From assembly GCA_902496185.1 (NCBI GenBank), contig CABUZX010000001.1, positions 64,509-128,508 on the forward strand: 64,000 bases of DNA, read 5' to 3'. The notes under the pieces are model-generated. The model was given only the letters and a program-made list of their open reading frames with translations. It was not told the DNA's origin and did not search any database. This document shows, piece after piece, positions 46,318-54,549 of the stretch; position 1 is the stretch's first letter; each line of letters begins with the position of its first letter. The translations under genes were made by a program, and so were the position numbers. This DNA is from an uncultured Subdoligranulum sp. (GTDB lineage Bacteria; Bacillota; Clostridia; Christensenellales; CAG-314).

Positions 46318-47217
46318 TTACAAAATTATCCCAAAAACTAATGCAATAAATACAGAATTAAACATTACGCCATCAAATCTATCCATAACCCCACCGTGCA
46401 CCCCAAGCAAAGAGGAATAATCTTTTATTCCGCAATATCTTTTAACAACACTTGCAACCAAATCTCCAATTTGTGTAAACATACTACCAAAAATTCCTAT
46501 AATTACGTATATTGAGATTTTTAAAGCAATAGGCAAAGGTAATCCGCAATCCACAAAAATAGCAAAGGGCGTTTCAAACAACAAATAAACTATTCCTGCA
46601 CCGATTAAACCGCCCACAAGTCCACCTATTGAACCTTCAATTGTTTTTTTGGGACTAATATGCGGTACAAGCTTATGTCTACCAAACAAAACACCAAAGA
46701 AATAAGCAAACATATCAGTAAAACAAGATACCAAAAACGCCAAACTTAACGCTACGGTATTGTATGGAGTAAGCGCGCCTGTTGTAGTATCTTGCGCTTT
46801 GTTCAAAAAGAAAAGCGTTGACATAATAAGCGTAGGGTAAACCAATAAAAAGGCAAAATTCATTAGAGTTTCCGCAATATTTTCATCCGCTACAATCAAG
46901 ACAATCAAACATCCAATTACAAATGTGGCTAAAGTAAACAAAACCATGCCTGTAAAACCGTACAAAAAATAGCTCGGTCCATACAAACATGCAAAAATCC
47001 ATATCAAAACACCCAATCGTTTTGAAATTCTGTCGCCCAATGCAAACCTGACTTCTAATATACATATAGCAACTACTATGCACAAAAAATAGCTCATAAT
47101 TGCCCTGTCAACAAAGTAGCCAAGCAATATAGCCACAACGTAAGTTATGCCAATAAGCACCCCAATAAGAGTGCGACTAAGCATTGTATTTAATTGACCT
47201 TTAGTTAACTTTGCCAA
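46318..47217 (-). CDS. cdsA: Phosphatidate cytidylyltransferase
   Basis: It is a multi-pass membrane protein with the C-terminal signature SVVKRYCGIKDYSSLLGVHGGVMDRFD. The TTG start lies 9 nt after AGAGGA. Confidence 0.88.
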   Translation of the reverse strand: MAKLTKGQLNTMLSRTLIGVLIGITYVVAILLGYFVDRAIMSYFLCIVVAICILEVRFALGDRISKRLGVLIWIFACLYGPSYFLYGFTGMVLFTLATFVIGCLIVLIVADENIAETLMNFAFLLVYPTLIMSTLFFLNKAQDTTTGALTPYNTVALSLAFLVSCFTDMFAYFFGVLFGRHKLVPHISPKKTIEGSIGGLVGGLIGAGIVYLLFETPFAIFVDCGLPLPIALKISIYVIIGIFGSMFTQIGDLVASVVKRYCGIKDYSSLLGVHGGVMDRFDGVMFNSVFIALVFGIIL

Positions 47218-47881
47218 AATTTCTTATCCTCTTCTTAAACGCGTTTAAAACACCTAAAAGATCTTCTTCCGTTAAGTCAGGCCACAAAACGTCAGAAAAA
47301 AATAATTCCGTATAGGCCGATTGAAACATCAAAAAATTACTTAACCTAACCTGCCCGCCTGTTCGTAAAATCAAATCAGGACAAGGCAAATCTTGATACA
47401 TTTCTTTTAAAAAATCATCTTCAGTGGCGTTTTTCAATTTATTTTTTTCCGCAAGAAGTTTAGCGGCCCTTAAAATTTCTGCTCTACCACCATAATTTAA
47501 GCATAAATTTAATGTAATATTCTTGCAATGTTGAGTTTTTTTAGTACATTCTTCCATTTTTTCCGTCAAGTCTTTAGGTAAGCCATCAAAAGCAGAAGAA
47601 AATACAACTTTTACTCCTTTAGAAACAAACTCATCAATACGCGAAATATATTGTCGCGCAAGCGAAAAAAGTCCTGATATTTCTATCGAAGAACGACGCC
47701 AGTTTTCAGTAGAAAAAACGTATAAACTTACTACGGAAATCTCACCACATTTTAAACAAAAATCAACCACACGCGAGGCTGTTTCTACCCCTTTGATATG
47801 GCCGTTTTTTCGTGGTATACCACGCAATTTTGCCCAACGACCGTTGCCGTCCATAATAAACGCCCAATGCAATTTATCCAC
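47201..47881 (-). CDS. uppS: Isoprenyl transferase (undecaprenyl diphosphate synthase)
   Basis: It has IMDGNGRWA, FSTENWRR and RTGGQVRLSNF motifs. The GTG start overlaps the upstream stop. Confidence 0.92.
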   Translation of the reverse strand: MDKLHWAFIMDGNGRWAKLRGIPRKNGHIKGVETASRVVDFCLKCGEISVVSLYVFSTENWRRSSIEISGLFSLARQYISRIDEFVSKGVKVVFSSAFDGLPKDLTEKMEECTKKTQHCKNITLNLCLNYGGRAEILRAAKLLAEKNKLKNATEDDFLKEMYQDLPCPDLILRTGGQVRLSNFLMFQSAYTELFFSDVLWPDLTEEDLLGVLNAFKKRIRNFGKVN

Positions 47882-48084
47882 TAAATATCCTCCTTTACGT
47901 TTAACAAAAAGCGACCGACAACTAAAATAATTTTATCAACGGTCGCTCTAACTGCAACAACAAGTTTGTCGTTGCCAATCGTTTTTTTATCTTGAGTGTA
48001 AAGGAGGGCAAAAGGCAAATTATTTTCATTGCAAAAATTAATTGCAAATTCTTCCGTATTGCCCACCAAAAAAGAATAGTCCAT
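47881..48084 (-). CDS. Hypothetical 67-aa protein, translationally coupled between frr and uppS
   Basis: Its ATG overlaps the frr stop (TAATG), and its TAG overlaps the uppS GTG. I recognise no family. Confidence 0.5.
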   Translation of the reverse strand: MDYSFLVGNTEEFAINFCNENNLPFALLYTQDKKTIGNDKLVVAVRATVDKIILVVGRFLLNVKEDI

Positions 48085-48659
48085 TAAACAGACATAACCT
48101 CTTTTTCTTTTTGTTTGCAGGCCACGTCAACTTCTTCTATATTCTTTGAAATAATTTTTTCAATTTCAGCCTCAAAATCATTAATACTATCTTCTGAAAC
48201 GAGCTTGTCAGCCTTGACCTTTTTCATCATTTCAAGAGCTTCTCTACGAGTATTGCGCATTGCAACTTTTGCATCTTCTGCCAATTTTTTGACTGTTTTA
48301 ACGGATTCTTTACGTCTTTCTTCCGTCATCTCAGGAAATACCAATCTAATAATTGTACCATCGTTAGCCGGAGTAACACCGATATTAGCTGCCAATATAG
48401 CTTTTTCTATTTTTCCGAGCATACTCTTGTCCCATGGAGTAATTACTATCATACGCGCTTCAGGGACGTTTATATTTGCCGTTTGCGAAATAGGAGTATT
48501 TGTGCCATAGTAGTCTACAAAAACTTTATCAAGTAATTTTGGATTAGCGCGACCAACTTTAAGCAAGGCATATTCCGAGCGCATATACTCAAAAGATTTT
48601 TCCAGTTTTGATTCAAGATTTAAAAAAATTTCCTCTACTTGCGGTATCTGATAATTCAT
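48084..48659 (-). CDS. frr: Ribosome recycling factor
   Basis: It has a full-length RRF layout (LLDKVFVDYYG, ITPWD, PEMTEERRKE). Confidence 0.93.
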   Translation of the reverse strand: MNYQIPQVEEIFLNLESKLEKSFEYMRSEYALLKVGRANPKLLDKVFVDYYGTNTPISQTANINVPEARMIVITPWDKSMLGKIEKAILAANIGVTPANDGTIIRLVFPEMTEERRKESVKTVKKLAEDAKVAMRNTRREALEMMKKVKADKLVSEDSINDFEAEIEKIISKNIEEVDVACKQKEKEVMSV

Positions 48660-48671
48660 AATTTTTCTCCT

Positions 48672-49373
48672 TTAATAAATAATTGTACCGATATTTTTGC
48701 CGTTTACAGCGTCAATAATTGATCCGTCTCTATGTCCGTCAAAAACCAATACCGGAATATTGTTTTCTTTACACATTGAAATAGCAGTAAGATCCATAGC
48801 TTTTAAATCCCTATTGATAACGTCCATAAATCTAATTTTATCAATTTTTACTGCGTTTTTATTAATTTTTGGGTCGCTGTCATAAACTCCGTCAACACTT
48901 TTTGCGCAAAGTAAAATGTCAGCTTTAATCTCAGCCGCGCGTAATGCCGCGGTAGTATCCGTTGAAAAGTAAGGATTACCCGTGCCTGCGCCAAATATAA
49001 CTACTCTACCGTTTTCAAGATGAGCAAGAGCTTTTCTTAAAATATAGGGTTCAGCCACTCTCGTAATAGTTAATGACGTCTGAACACGCGTTACAACTCC
49101 TTTTTGCTCCAAAGCATCTTGCAAAGCCAAAGCATTGATAACCGTTGCCAACATACCCATATGGTCAGCAGTTGACCTTTCCATATTAGTACCTTGTCTG
49201 CCCCGCCAAAAGTTTCCACCGCCAAGCACGATACCTATTTGCACGCCTTCCTTCCATAATTGTTCGATTTGCTTCGTCAACATTGCAATACTTTCTTCAC
49301 AAAGACCAAATCCTGCCTTGCCTGCTAATGCTTCTCCGCTAATTTTAATAAGAATACGTTTGTATGATTTCAC
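48672..49373 (-). CDS. pyrH: UMP kinase
   Basis: It has [13 protein letters not shown] and GGGNFWRG motifs. The GTG at 49373 lies 6 nt after AGAGG. The ORF-track start at 49406 is an extension. Confidence 0.92.
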   Translation of the reverse strand: MKSYKRILIKISGEALAGKAGFGLCEESIAMLTKQIEQLWKEGVQIGIVLGGGNFWRGRQGTNMERSTADHMGMLATVINALALQDALEQKGVVTRVQTSLTITRVAEPYILRKALAHLENGRVVIFGAGTGNPYFSTDTTAALRAAEIKADILLCAKSVDGVYDSDPKINKNAVKIDKIRFMDVINRDLKAMDLTAISMCKENNIPVLVFDGHRDGSIIDAVNGKNIGTIIY

Positions 49374-49394
49374 AAAACACCTCTGATTATAAAA

Positions 49395-49428
49395 ATGGGG
49401 AATCAATCTTAAATAGATTGTCCCCCAT
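49395..49428 (-). terminator. Hairpin/terminator between tsf and pyrH
   Basis: On the - strand: ATGGGGGACAATCT-ATTTA-AGATTGATTCCCCAT. It has an internal mismatch and is followed by TTTTTATAAT. Confidence 0.55.
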
Positions 49429-49441
49429 TCTAAACAAAAAA

Positions 49442-50110
49442 TTACTTATTGAGTTGTTCCATTTGGGAAGCAATCTCGTCAACAAAATTGTCTTTACGTT
49501 TTTCAAGACCTTCACCCATTTCATAACGAACAAAACGACGTACAGTAATCTTTTCGCCGATTGCTGCTACTGCTTGAGTAATAAGCTCTTTAACCGTAAT
49601 AGAAGGATCTTTTACGTATTCTTGTTCTAACAAGCAAACTTCCTTGTAGTATTTTTGAATTCTTCCTTCTACCATTTTTTCAATAACGTTTTGAGGTTTG
49701 TTTCCACCTTGGTTTTGAGCTTGAGCAAGCAAAATTTCCCTTTCTGCGGCAACTTTTGCAGGATCAACTTCTTCAATTGAAACTACTTCAGGCTTTGCAG
49801 CGGCAATTTGCATTGTCAAATTGTGTACAAGATCCAAAAATTGGTCACTACGTGCGACAAAGTCCGTTTCACAATTAACTTCGATCAAAACGCCGATTTT
49901 GCCACCCATGTGAATATAACTGTCAACCACGCCTTCAGCTGCAACACGGTCTGCTTTTTTTGCGGCGGAAGCCATACCCTTTTCTCTAAGATATTTGATT
50001 GCTTCTTCCATATTACCGTCAACAGCAACTAAAGCCTTTTTGCAATCCATCATACCTACGCCGGTTTTTTCGCGAAGTTTCATGACGTCAGCATTGGTAA
50101 AATTTGCCAT
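49442..50110 (-). CDS. tsf: Elongation factor Ts (short form)
   Basis: It has a UBA-like N-terminus ([19 protein letters not shown]) and a dimerisation core. Confidence 0.92.
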   Translation of the reverse strand: MANFTNADVMKLREKTGVGMMDCKKALVAVDGNMEEAIKYLREKGMASAAKKADRVAAEGVVDSYIHMGGKIGVLIEVNCETDFVARSDQFLDLVHNLTMQIAAAKPEVVSIEEVDPAKVAAEREILLAQAQNQGGNKPQNVIEKMVEGRIQKYYKEVCLLEQEYVKDPSITVKELITQAVAAIGEKITVRRFVRYEMGEGLEKRKDNFVDEIASQMEQLNK

Positions 50111-50158
50111 AATATTTTCTCCTTTATATTGATAATCTTAAACTTTTGCAATAATTTA

Positions 50159-51049
50159 TTATTCTTCGGTTTTAACTTCTTCTTTTGCAATTTCTTGCTT
50201 TATTGCATCTTGTTGTTTAAGTTCTTCGATTTTTTTGTCTTCAACGTTATCAAAGTACTTTCTTTTTTTGCCTTTATTATTGGTTTGTGTTTTTTCTTCC
50301 GCTGCGGCTACTGCTTCGATATTTGCCGCTTCTGCCAAAACTTCTTCAGTATTGATACTGAGTACAACACCCTCTTTTGCCTCAATAACTGCGTTTGCAA
50401 TAATAGCGGCCATAATTTTAACAGCGCCGATAGCATCGTCGTTTCCGGGAATGACGTAATCTACTTCGTCAGGGTCACAGTTTGTATCAACCGTTGCAAC
50501 GATTGGAATACCCATCTTGTGAGCTTCTGCTACTGCAATAGCCTCTTTTTTGGGATCAACCACAAACATAACGCCCGGCATACCACGCATTTCCTTAATA
50601 CCACCAAGGTTTAGCTCCAGCTTGTCACGTTCAGCCTTTAAACCTGAAACTTCCTTTTTGGGGAGAAGTTCAAACTCACCCATTTTTTCCATTTGGTTGA
50701 TTCTGTTCAATCTCTCGATACGACTGCGAATAGTCTTAAAGTTAGTAAGCGTACCACCCAACCAACGGTTGTTGACAAAATACATACCACAACGTTCAGC
50801 TTCTTGCTTGATTGCTGCTTGTGCTTGTTTTTTTGTGCCTACAAACAAAACCGTTTTGCCTTCAGCAACTACGTTGCGTACAAAATTGTACGCTTCCTCT
50901 GCAAGTACAACTGTTTGTTGCAAGTCAATGATATGGATATCATTACGAGCCGAATAGATGTACTTCTTCATTTTTGGATTCCATCTTCTTGTTTGGTGAC
51001 CAAAGTGCACGCCAGCTTCAAGAAGTTGTTTCATAGAAACCACTGCCAT
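50159..51049 (-). CDS. rpsB: 30S ribosomal protein S2 with a ~60-aa charged C-terminal extension
   Basis: It has [19 protein letters not shown] and a full S2 core. The tail is rich in E/K/A. Confidence 0.93.
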   Translation of the reverse strand: MAVVSMKQLLEAGVHFGHQTRRWNPKMKKYIYSARNDIHIIDLQQTVVLAEEAYNFVRNVVAEGKTVLFVGTKKQAQAAIKQEAERCGMYFVNNRWLGGTLTNFKTIRSRIERLNRINQMEKMGEFELLPKKEVSGLKAERDKLELNLGGIKEMRGMPGVMFVVDPKKEAIAVAEAHKMGIPIVATVDTNCDPDEVDYVIPGNDDAIGAVKIMAAIIANAVIEAKEGVVLSINTEEVLAEAANIEAVAAAEEKTQTNNKGKKRKYFDNVEDKKIEELKQQDAIKQEIAKEEVKTEE

Positions 51050-51170
51050 TTTAAATACTCTCCTTTATTTTATTGTTTTTATTCCTCCCTACGTCGTCTA
51101 TACTTTGATTTCTTCCTTTTTTAAGGCACAACCATCAAATAGAGCATAGGTGTGTAATAAACCATTGAAA

Positions 51171-51199
51171 ATTATAACATAAAAGTTTTTATTTGGCAA
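51171..51199 (-). promoter_or_regulatory. Sigma-A type promoter of rpsB-tsf
   Basis: On the - strand: TTGCCA (51199-51194), 17 nt, TGT-TATAAT (51176-51171). The leader is about 115 nt. Confidence 0.55.
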
Positions 51200-51248
51200 A
51201 TAATTATTTATATTTTTATTAATAAATTTAAATTTTTTATAAAAAATA

Positions 51249-51281
51249 GTGAGAACGTCCCAATCAATGAAACGTTCTCAC
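51249..51281 (-). terminator. Rho-independent terminator after the DUF1292 gene
   Basis: The 10-bp stem is gtgagaacgt/acgttctcac, followed on the - strand by TATTTTTTAT. Confidence 0.75.
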
Positions 51282-51306
51282 AAATATATTAAATTTTTTA
51301 ATTGTT

Positions 51307-51681
51307 TTAACAACCACAATCGCATCCGTTATCATCTGAATGACAGCAAGAGCAATCTTCATGCTCACAACCGCAATCGCATTCCATTTCTTCATCATAG
51401 CGACGACAATATTCACCATAAACTTCTTCCAAAAGAGCCTCGTCCTCTATTGGATTAAGCATAAATTCTTCGCCCGACTCATCTACTTCGTAAATAAGAA
51501 GCTCGCCCTCATTGATATCTTCCATTTGCTCTGCAGGGCTTATACAAAAATACTTTTTACCTTTGTAGTCAAACTCATCTTCAAAGTAAAAATTCTTTTG
51601 AGTGCCGTCGTCCATAGTCAATACAATATAATCAGCATCTTCTTGAAGTTCTAAATTTTCATTAATTTTTTCGTTTTCCAT
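51307..51681 (-). CDS. DUF1292 family protein with Cys/His-rich C-terminal tail
   Basis: The core (YIVLTMDDGTQKNFYFEDEF...GELLIYEV) is like B. subtilis YrzB, which also follows ruvX. The tail reads CDCGCEHEDCSCCHSDDNGCDCGC. The ATG at 51681 follows GGAGGA. The ORF-track start is TTG at 51693. Confidence 0.8.
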   Translation of the reverse strand: MENEKINENLELQEDADYIVLTMDDGTQKNFYFEDEFDYKGKKYFCISPAEQMEDINEGELLIYEVDESGEEFMLNPIEDEALLEEVYGEYCRRYDEEMECDCGCEHEDCSCCHSDDNGCDCGC

Positions 51682-51703
51682 AAATTCCTCCAAAATATGT
51701 ATA

Positions 51704-52120
51704 TTACTTGTGGTAATAATCTAAATAATTTTGCAAAATAATAGTAGCCGCAACCTTATCGATAACTTGCTTTCTATTTTCGCGACTAACCCCTCCTTCA
51801 ATCAAAACCTTTTCAGCCGAAACAGTCGTCAACCTTTCATCAATAAATTTAATTGGCAAGTCTGTTCTTTTAGCAAGTTCCTGAATAAAAAAACGAGTTT
51901 TTTCAGTTTGTTCTGTTTCTTTTGCAGATAGACTGCGAGGCAATCCGCTAACAATCAGCTCAACTTCTTTATCTCTAATAACATTAAGCAAGTAATCTAT
52001 ATCCCTATTTAGAGTTGTTCTAAATAGCGTTTCAAAAGGATTAGCAATCATTTTTAAAGGATCAGACAATGCAATACCTATGCGTTTGTCCCCTACGTCC
52101 AAAGCCATAATTCTTCCCAT
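51704..52120 (-). CDS. ruvX: Putative pre-16S rRNA nuclease / Holliday junction resolvase-like YqgF
   Basis: It has RIMALDVGDKRIGIALSD and a DERLTT block. The start is ATG 52120 or ATG 52108. The ORF-track start at 52138 is TTG. Confidence 0.88.
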   Translation of the reverse strand: MGRIMALDVGDKRIGIALSDPLKMIANPFETLFRTTLNRDIDYLLNVIRDKEVELIVSGLPRSLSAKETEQTEKTRFFIQELAKRTDLPIKFIDERLTTVSAEKVLIEGGVSRENRKQVIDKVAATIILQNYLDYYHK

Positions 52121-52126
52121 GGGGAT

Positions 52127-52154
52127 ATTGTAACACAAAACAGCACAAATGCAA
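52127..52154 (-). promoter_or_regulatory. Sigma-A type promoter abutting the ruvX start
   Basis: On the - strand: TTGCAT (52154-52149), 16 nt, TGT-TACAAT (52132-52127), ATCCCC, then ATG (52120). Confidence 0.5.
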
Positions 52155-52165
52155 CGTATTTTAAC

Positions 52166-52199
52166 AAAAAAGAGAAGATTTTTTTTCTTCTCTTTTTTT
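52166..52199 (-). terminator. Rho-independent terminator after the 42-aa ORF
   Basis: The stem agagaag/cttctct has A/T extensions and a T-run. Confidence 0.6.
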
Positions 52200-52200
52200 G

Positions 52201-52329
52201 TTAATTTTTTTTACTTAACATTTGCTTGCCTTTGTCTACCATTTGCTTAAATGCGGGACAAAATTCCATTGCCACTAAACCACCGGTAAAACCGATAGTC
52301 ATAGCTAACATAACTTGTGAAAATTTCAT
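52201..52329 (-). CDS. Small (42 aa) hydrophobic protein, not in the ORF track
   Basis: The sequence is MKFSQVMLAMTIGFTGGLVAMEFCPAFKQMVDKGKQMLSKKN. A strong SD, AAGGAGGTG, lies 6 nt upstream of the ATG at 52329. The stop is TAA at 52201, and its own terminator follows. Confidence 0.6.
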   Translation of the reverse strand: MKFSQVMLAMTIGFTGGLVAMEFCPAFKQMVDKGKQMLSKKN

Positions 52330-52395
52330 TACCTACACCTCCTTAAAGTAGTGTAAGTAATTTTGTATAATTTAAGCAAAAAACACAAAAAAACG

Positions 52396-52767
52396 CTATT
52401 TATCTTGTTTTTGACGATAATCTTCTATTGCCTTTTTTATCGCTTCTTCCGCCAAAACGGAACAATGCAACTTTTGCGGTGGCAAACCCTCAAGCTCCTC
52501 AACTACTTGAGAATTGGTAATCTTTAAAGCTTCGTCAAGAGTTTTACCTATTACCATATCGGTTGCAGTACTGCTTGTTGCTATTGCCGCAGTACATCCA
52601 AAGGTTTGAAATTTTGCATCAATAATTACGTCATTTTCTATTTTTAAAGTTATTTTCATTATATCGCCACAGGTAGGATTACCTACTGTACCCTCTCCGT
52701 CGGCATTTTCAATTACCCCAACATTATGTGGATTTGCAAAAACTTTTAAAACTTTTTCATTATACAT
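52396..52767 (-). CDS. iscU: Fe-S cluster assembly scaffold (IscU/NifU N-terminal type)
   Basis: It has NPTCGD, FGCTAAIA and LHCSVLAEEA cysteine blocks. Confidence 0.92.
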   Translation of the reverse strand: MYNEKVLKVFANPHNVGVIENADGEGTVGNPTCGDIMKITLKIENDVIIDAKFQTFGCTAAIATSSTATDMVIGKTLDEALKITNSQVVEELEGLPPQKLHCSVLAEEAIKKAIEDYRQKQDK

Positions 52768-54364
52768 TTTTTATTTCTCCTTCCTTCAAAGCAAATAACG
52801 GCGACATCATTCTTAATTTTTCGATTATTGCCTTTAATTTATCAACCGTATAATCTATTTGAGACATAGTATTATGCTTTCCTATGGAAAAGCGAATAGT
52901 TCCGTGTGAAATTTCTATAGGAACACCCATAGATAGCAAAACGTGTGACGGATCTAAGCTACCACTACTGCACGCAGAACCACTTGAAACTGCGATTCCT
53001 TCAAAATCCAGCAACATTAAAATGCTTTCACCTTCAATAAATTCAAAACTAAAACTTGCGTTACTCGGCAATCTTTCCGTAGGATGACCATTGTAGTGCG
53101 CGTAGAGAATTTCCTCTTTAACGCGCTTAACAAAAGCATCTCTTAAGGACTTGATATGTTGATTGTTTATTTGCATATCTTTTACTGCTTTTTCTATGGC
53201 AAACCCCATGCCGACCACTGCCGGCGTATTGGTTGTTCCGCCTCGCATACTTCGCTCTTGTCCACCGCCAAGAATCATTTTTTGAATTCGTATACCGTTT
53301 TTAATATATAACGCGCCAACGCCTTTTGGTCCATAAAACTTGTGCGCAGAAAGACTGAGTAAATCAACGTCAAGATCTTTAACGTCAACAGGTATAGAAC
53401 CAACAGCCTGAACCGCGTCAACATGGAAGATAACCTTATGCTTGTGAGCAACCTCGACAAGCTGTTTAATGGGTTGTATAGTACCCACCTCGTTATTTGC
53501 GTACATTATACTGACAAGCGTTGTATCGGGCCGAATTGCTCTTTCAAGCTCGTCAACAGAAACCATTCCGTACTTATCCACCGGTAATATTGTAACCTCA
53601 AATCCGTTATTCTTTAACCAATCAACTGAATTCAAAACGGCATGATGCTCAATAGCGCTTGTTATAACGTGTTTGCCTACTGATGCTTTTTGTAATGCAA
53701 TACCCTTTATGGCCCAATTGTCAGCCTCTGTTCCGCTACCGACAAAATAAATTTCAGACGGCTGAGCGTTTATAGCTTCTGCTACCTGCTTTCTCGCTTT
53801 ATCAACACCAGCCATTGCTTCCCTACCGAAAAAATGCTGACTATGGCTATTTCCATAAATATCCGTCATATATGGCAACATCGCCCTTAAAACGTCATTA
53901 TCAAGAGGTGTAGTTGCCGCATGATCCAAATAAATACGTTTATTTTCCTGTGAGGCGTCAATTAGTTGCTGAAGGCTAATTCCATCAAGATATAAATTTA
54001 TATGATTGTAAAGATTTTGCCAAAGACCACGCGAAATACATGAACACTGCGAAACACAATTACATTGTACTTTTGTATTTGTACTTAAGCAATCTACAAT
54101 TTCAAGATTGTCTTCGACTGACCTTAAAATTTTACCCACGCTTATATTAAGTGGCTTATCGGTTAATTTATATCCACCCATAGCCCCTCTTTGACTAACA
54201 ACTATTCCTTCCTTTTTTAGCTTTGCAATAATTTGCTCTAAATAGCCGTCACTTACGCCTATTTCATTAGCCAAATCCACCGTACTGATAAAATCTTCAC
54301 CATACCTTTCGGCAAGTTTTATACATGCGTATAAACCATATCTGGCTTTTGTTGACATTTTCAT
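52760..54364 (-). CDS. Fusion protein: Rrf2-family (IscR-like) transcriptional regulator + NifS/IscS-type cysteine desulfurase
   Basis: Residues 1 to ~140 are Rrf2 (MSTKARYGLYACIKL, wHTH, Cys cluster VQCNCVSQCSC). From ~142 the sequence is a class V aminotransferase (IYLDHAATTP, PLP Lys in SAHKFYGPKG, active Cys in SSGSACSSG). It is a single 534-aa frame with no stop. Confidence 0.85.
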   Translation of the reverse strand: MKMSTKARYGLYACIKLAERYGEDFISTVDLANEIGVSDGYLEQIIAKLKKEGIVVSQRGAMGGYKLTDKPLNISVGKILRSVEDNLEIVDCLSTNTKVQCNCVSQCSCISRGLWQNLYNHINLYLDGISLQQLIDASQENKRIYLDHAATTPLDNDVLRAMLPYMTDIYGNSHSQHFFGREAMAGVDKARKQVAEAINAQPSEIYFVGSGTEADNWAIKGIALQKASVGKHVITSAIEHHAVLNSVDWLKNNGFEVTILPVDKYGMVSVDELERAIRPDTTLVSIMYANNEVGTIQPIKQLVEVAHKHKVIFHVDAVQAVGSIPVDVKDLDVDLLSLSAHKFYGPKGVGALYIKNGIRIQKMILGGGQERSMRGGTTNTPAVVGMGFAIEKAVKDMQINNQHIKSLRDAFVKRVKEEILYAHYNGHPTERLPSNASFSFEFIEGESILMLLDFEGIAVSSGSACSSGSLDPSHVLLSMGVPIEISHGTIRFSIGKHNTMSQIDYTVDKLKAIIEKLRMMSPLFALKEGEIKNV

Positions 54365-54380
54365 ATTTTACCTCACAATA

Positions 54381-54403
54381 ATTCCTATTGTTTTGATAGG
54401 AAT
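54381..54403 (-). promoter_or_regulatory. Palindromic operator candidate (ATTCCTAT-N7-ATAGGAAT) at the transcription start of the Rrf2-NifS gene
   Basis: The inverted repeat is a perfect 8+8 bp. It sits immediately downstream of the -10 box and upstream of the SD. Confidence 0.5.
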
Positions 54404-54432
54404 AATATATCACTATATAAATGTTTAGTCAA
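54404..54432 (-). promoter_or_regulatory. Sigma-A type promoter of the Rrf2-nifS/iscU operon
   Basis: On the - strand: TTGACT (54432-54427), 17 nt, TGA-TATATT (54409-54404). Confidence 0.55.
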
Positions 54433-54494
54433 TAGATTTTTGACAAAATAATAATTTTTTATTTTCACACAAAAAAATAATTATCTTAAAAAAA

Positions 54495-54535
54495 TAAAGA
54501 CGCGTATTGAATAAAAATCAATACGCGTCTTTTTT
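54495..54535 (-). terminator. Rho-independent terminator after glyA
   Basis: The 14-bp stem is aagacgcgtattga/tcaatacgcgtctt, with T-runs on both sides. Confidence 0.8.
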
Positions 54536-54549
54536 AAAAAATTAAAAAC

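Noticed and set aside
51050-51170. About 115-nt rpsB leader as a possible S2-binding autoregulatory structure
   Set aside because: I could not find a convincing conserved-looking pseudoknot or stem by eye. The region is AT-rich with only short pairings. It is left as an ordinary 5' UTR.
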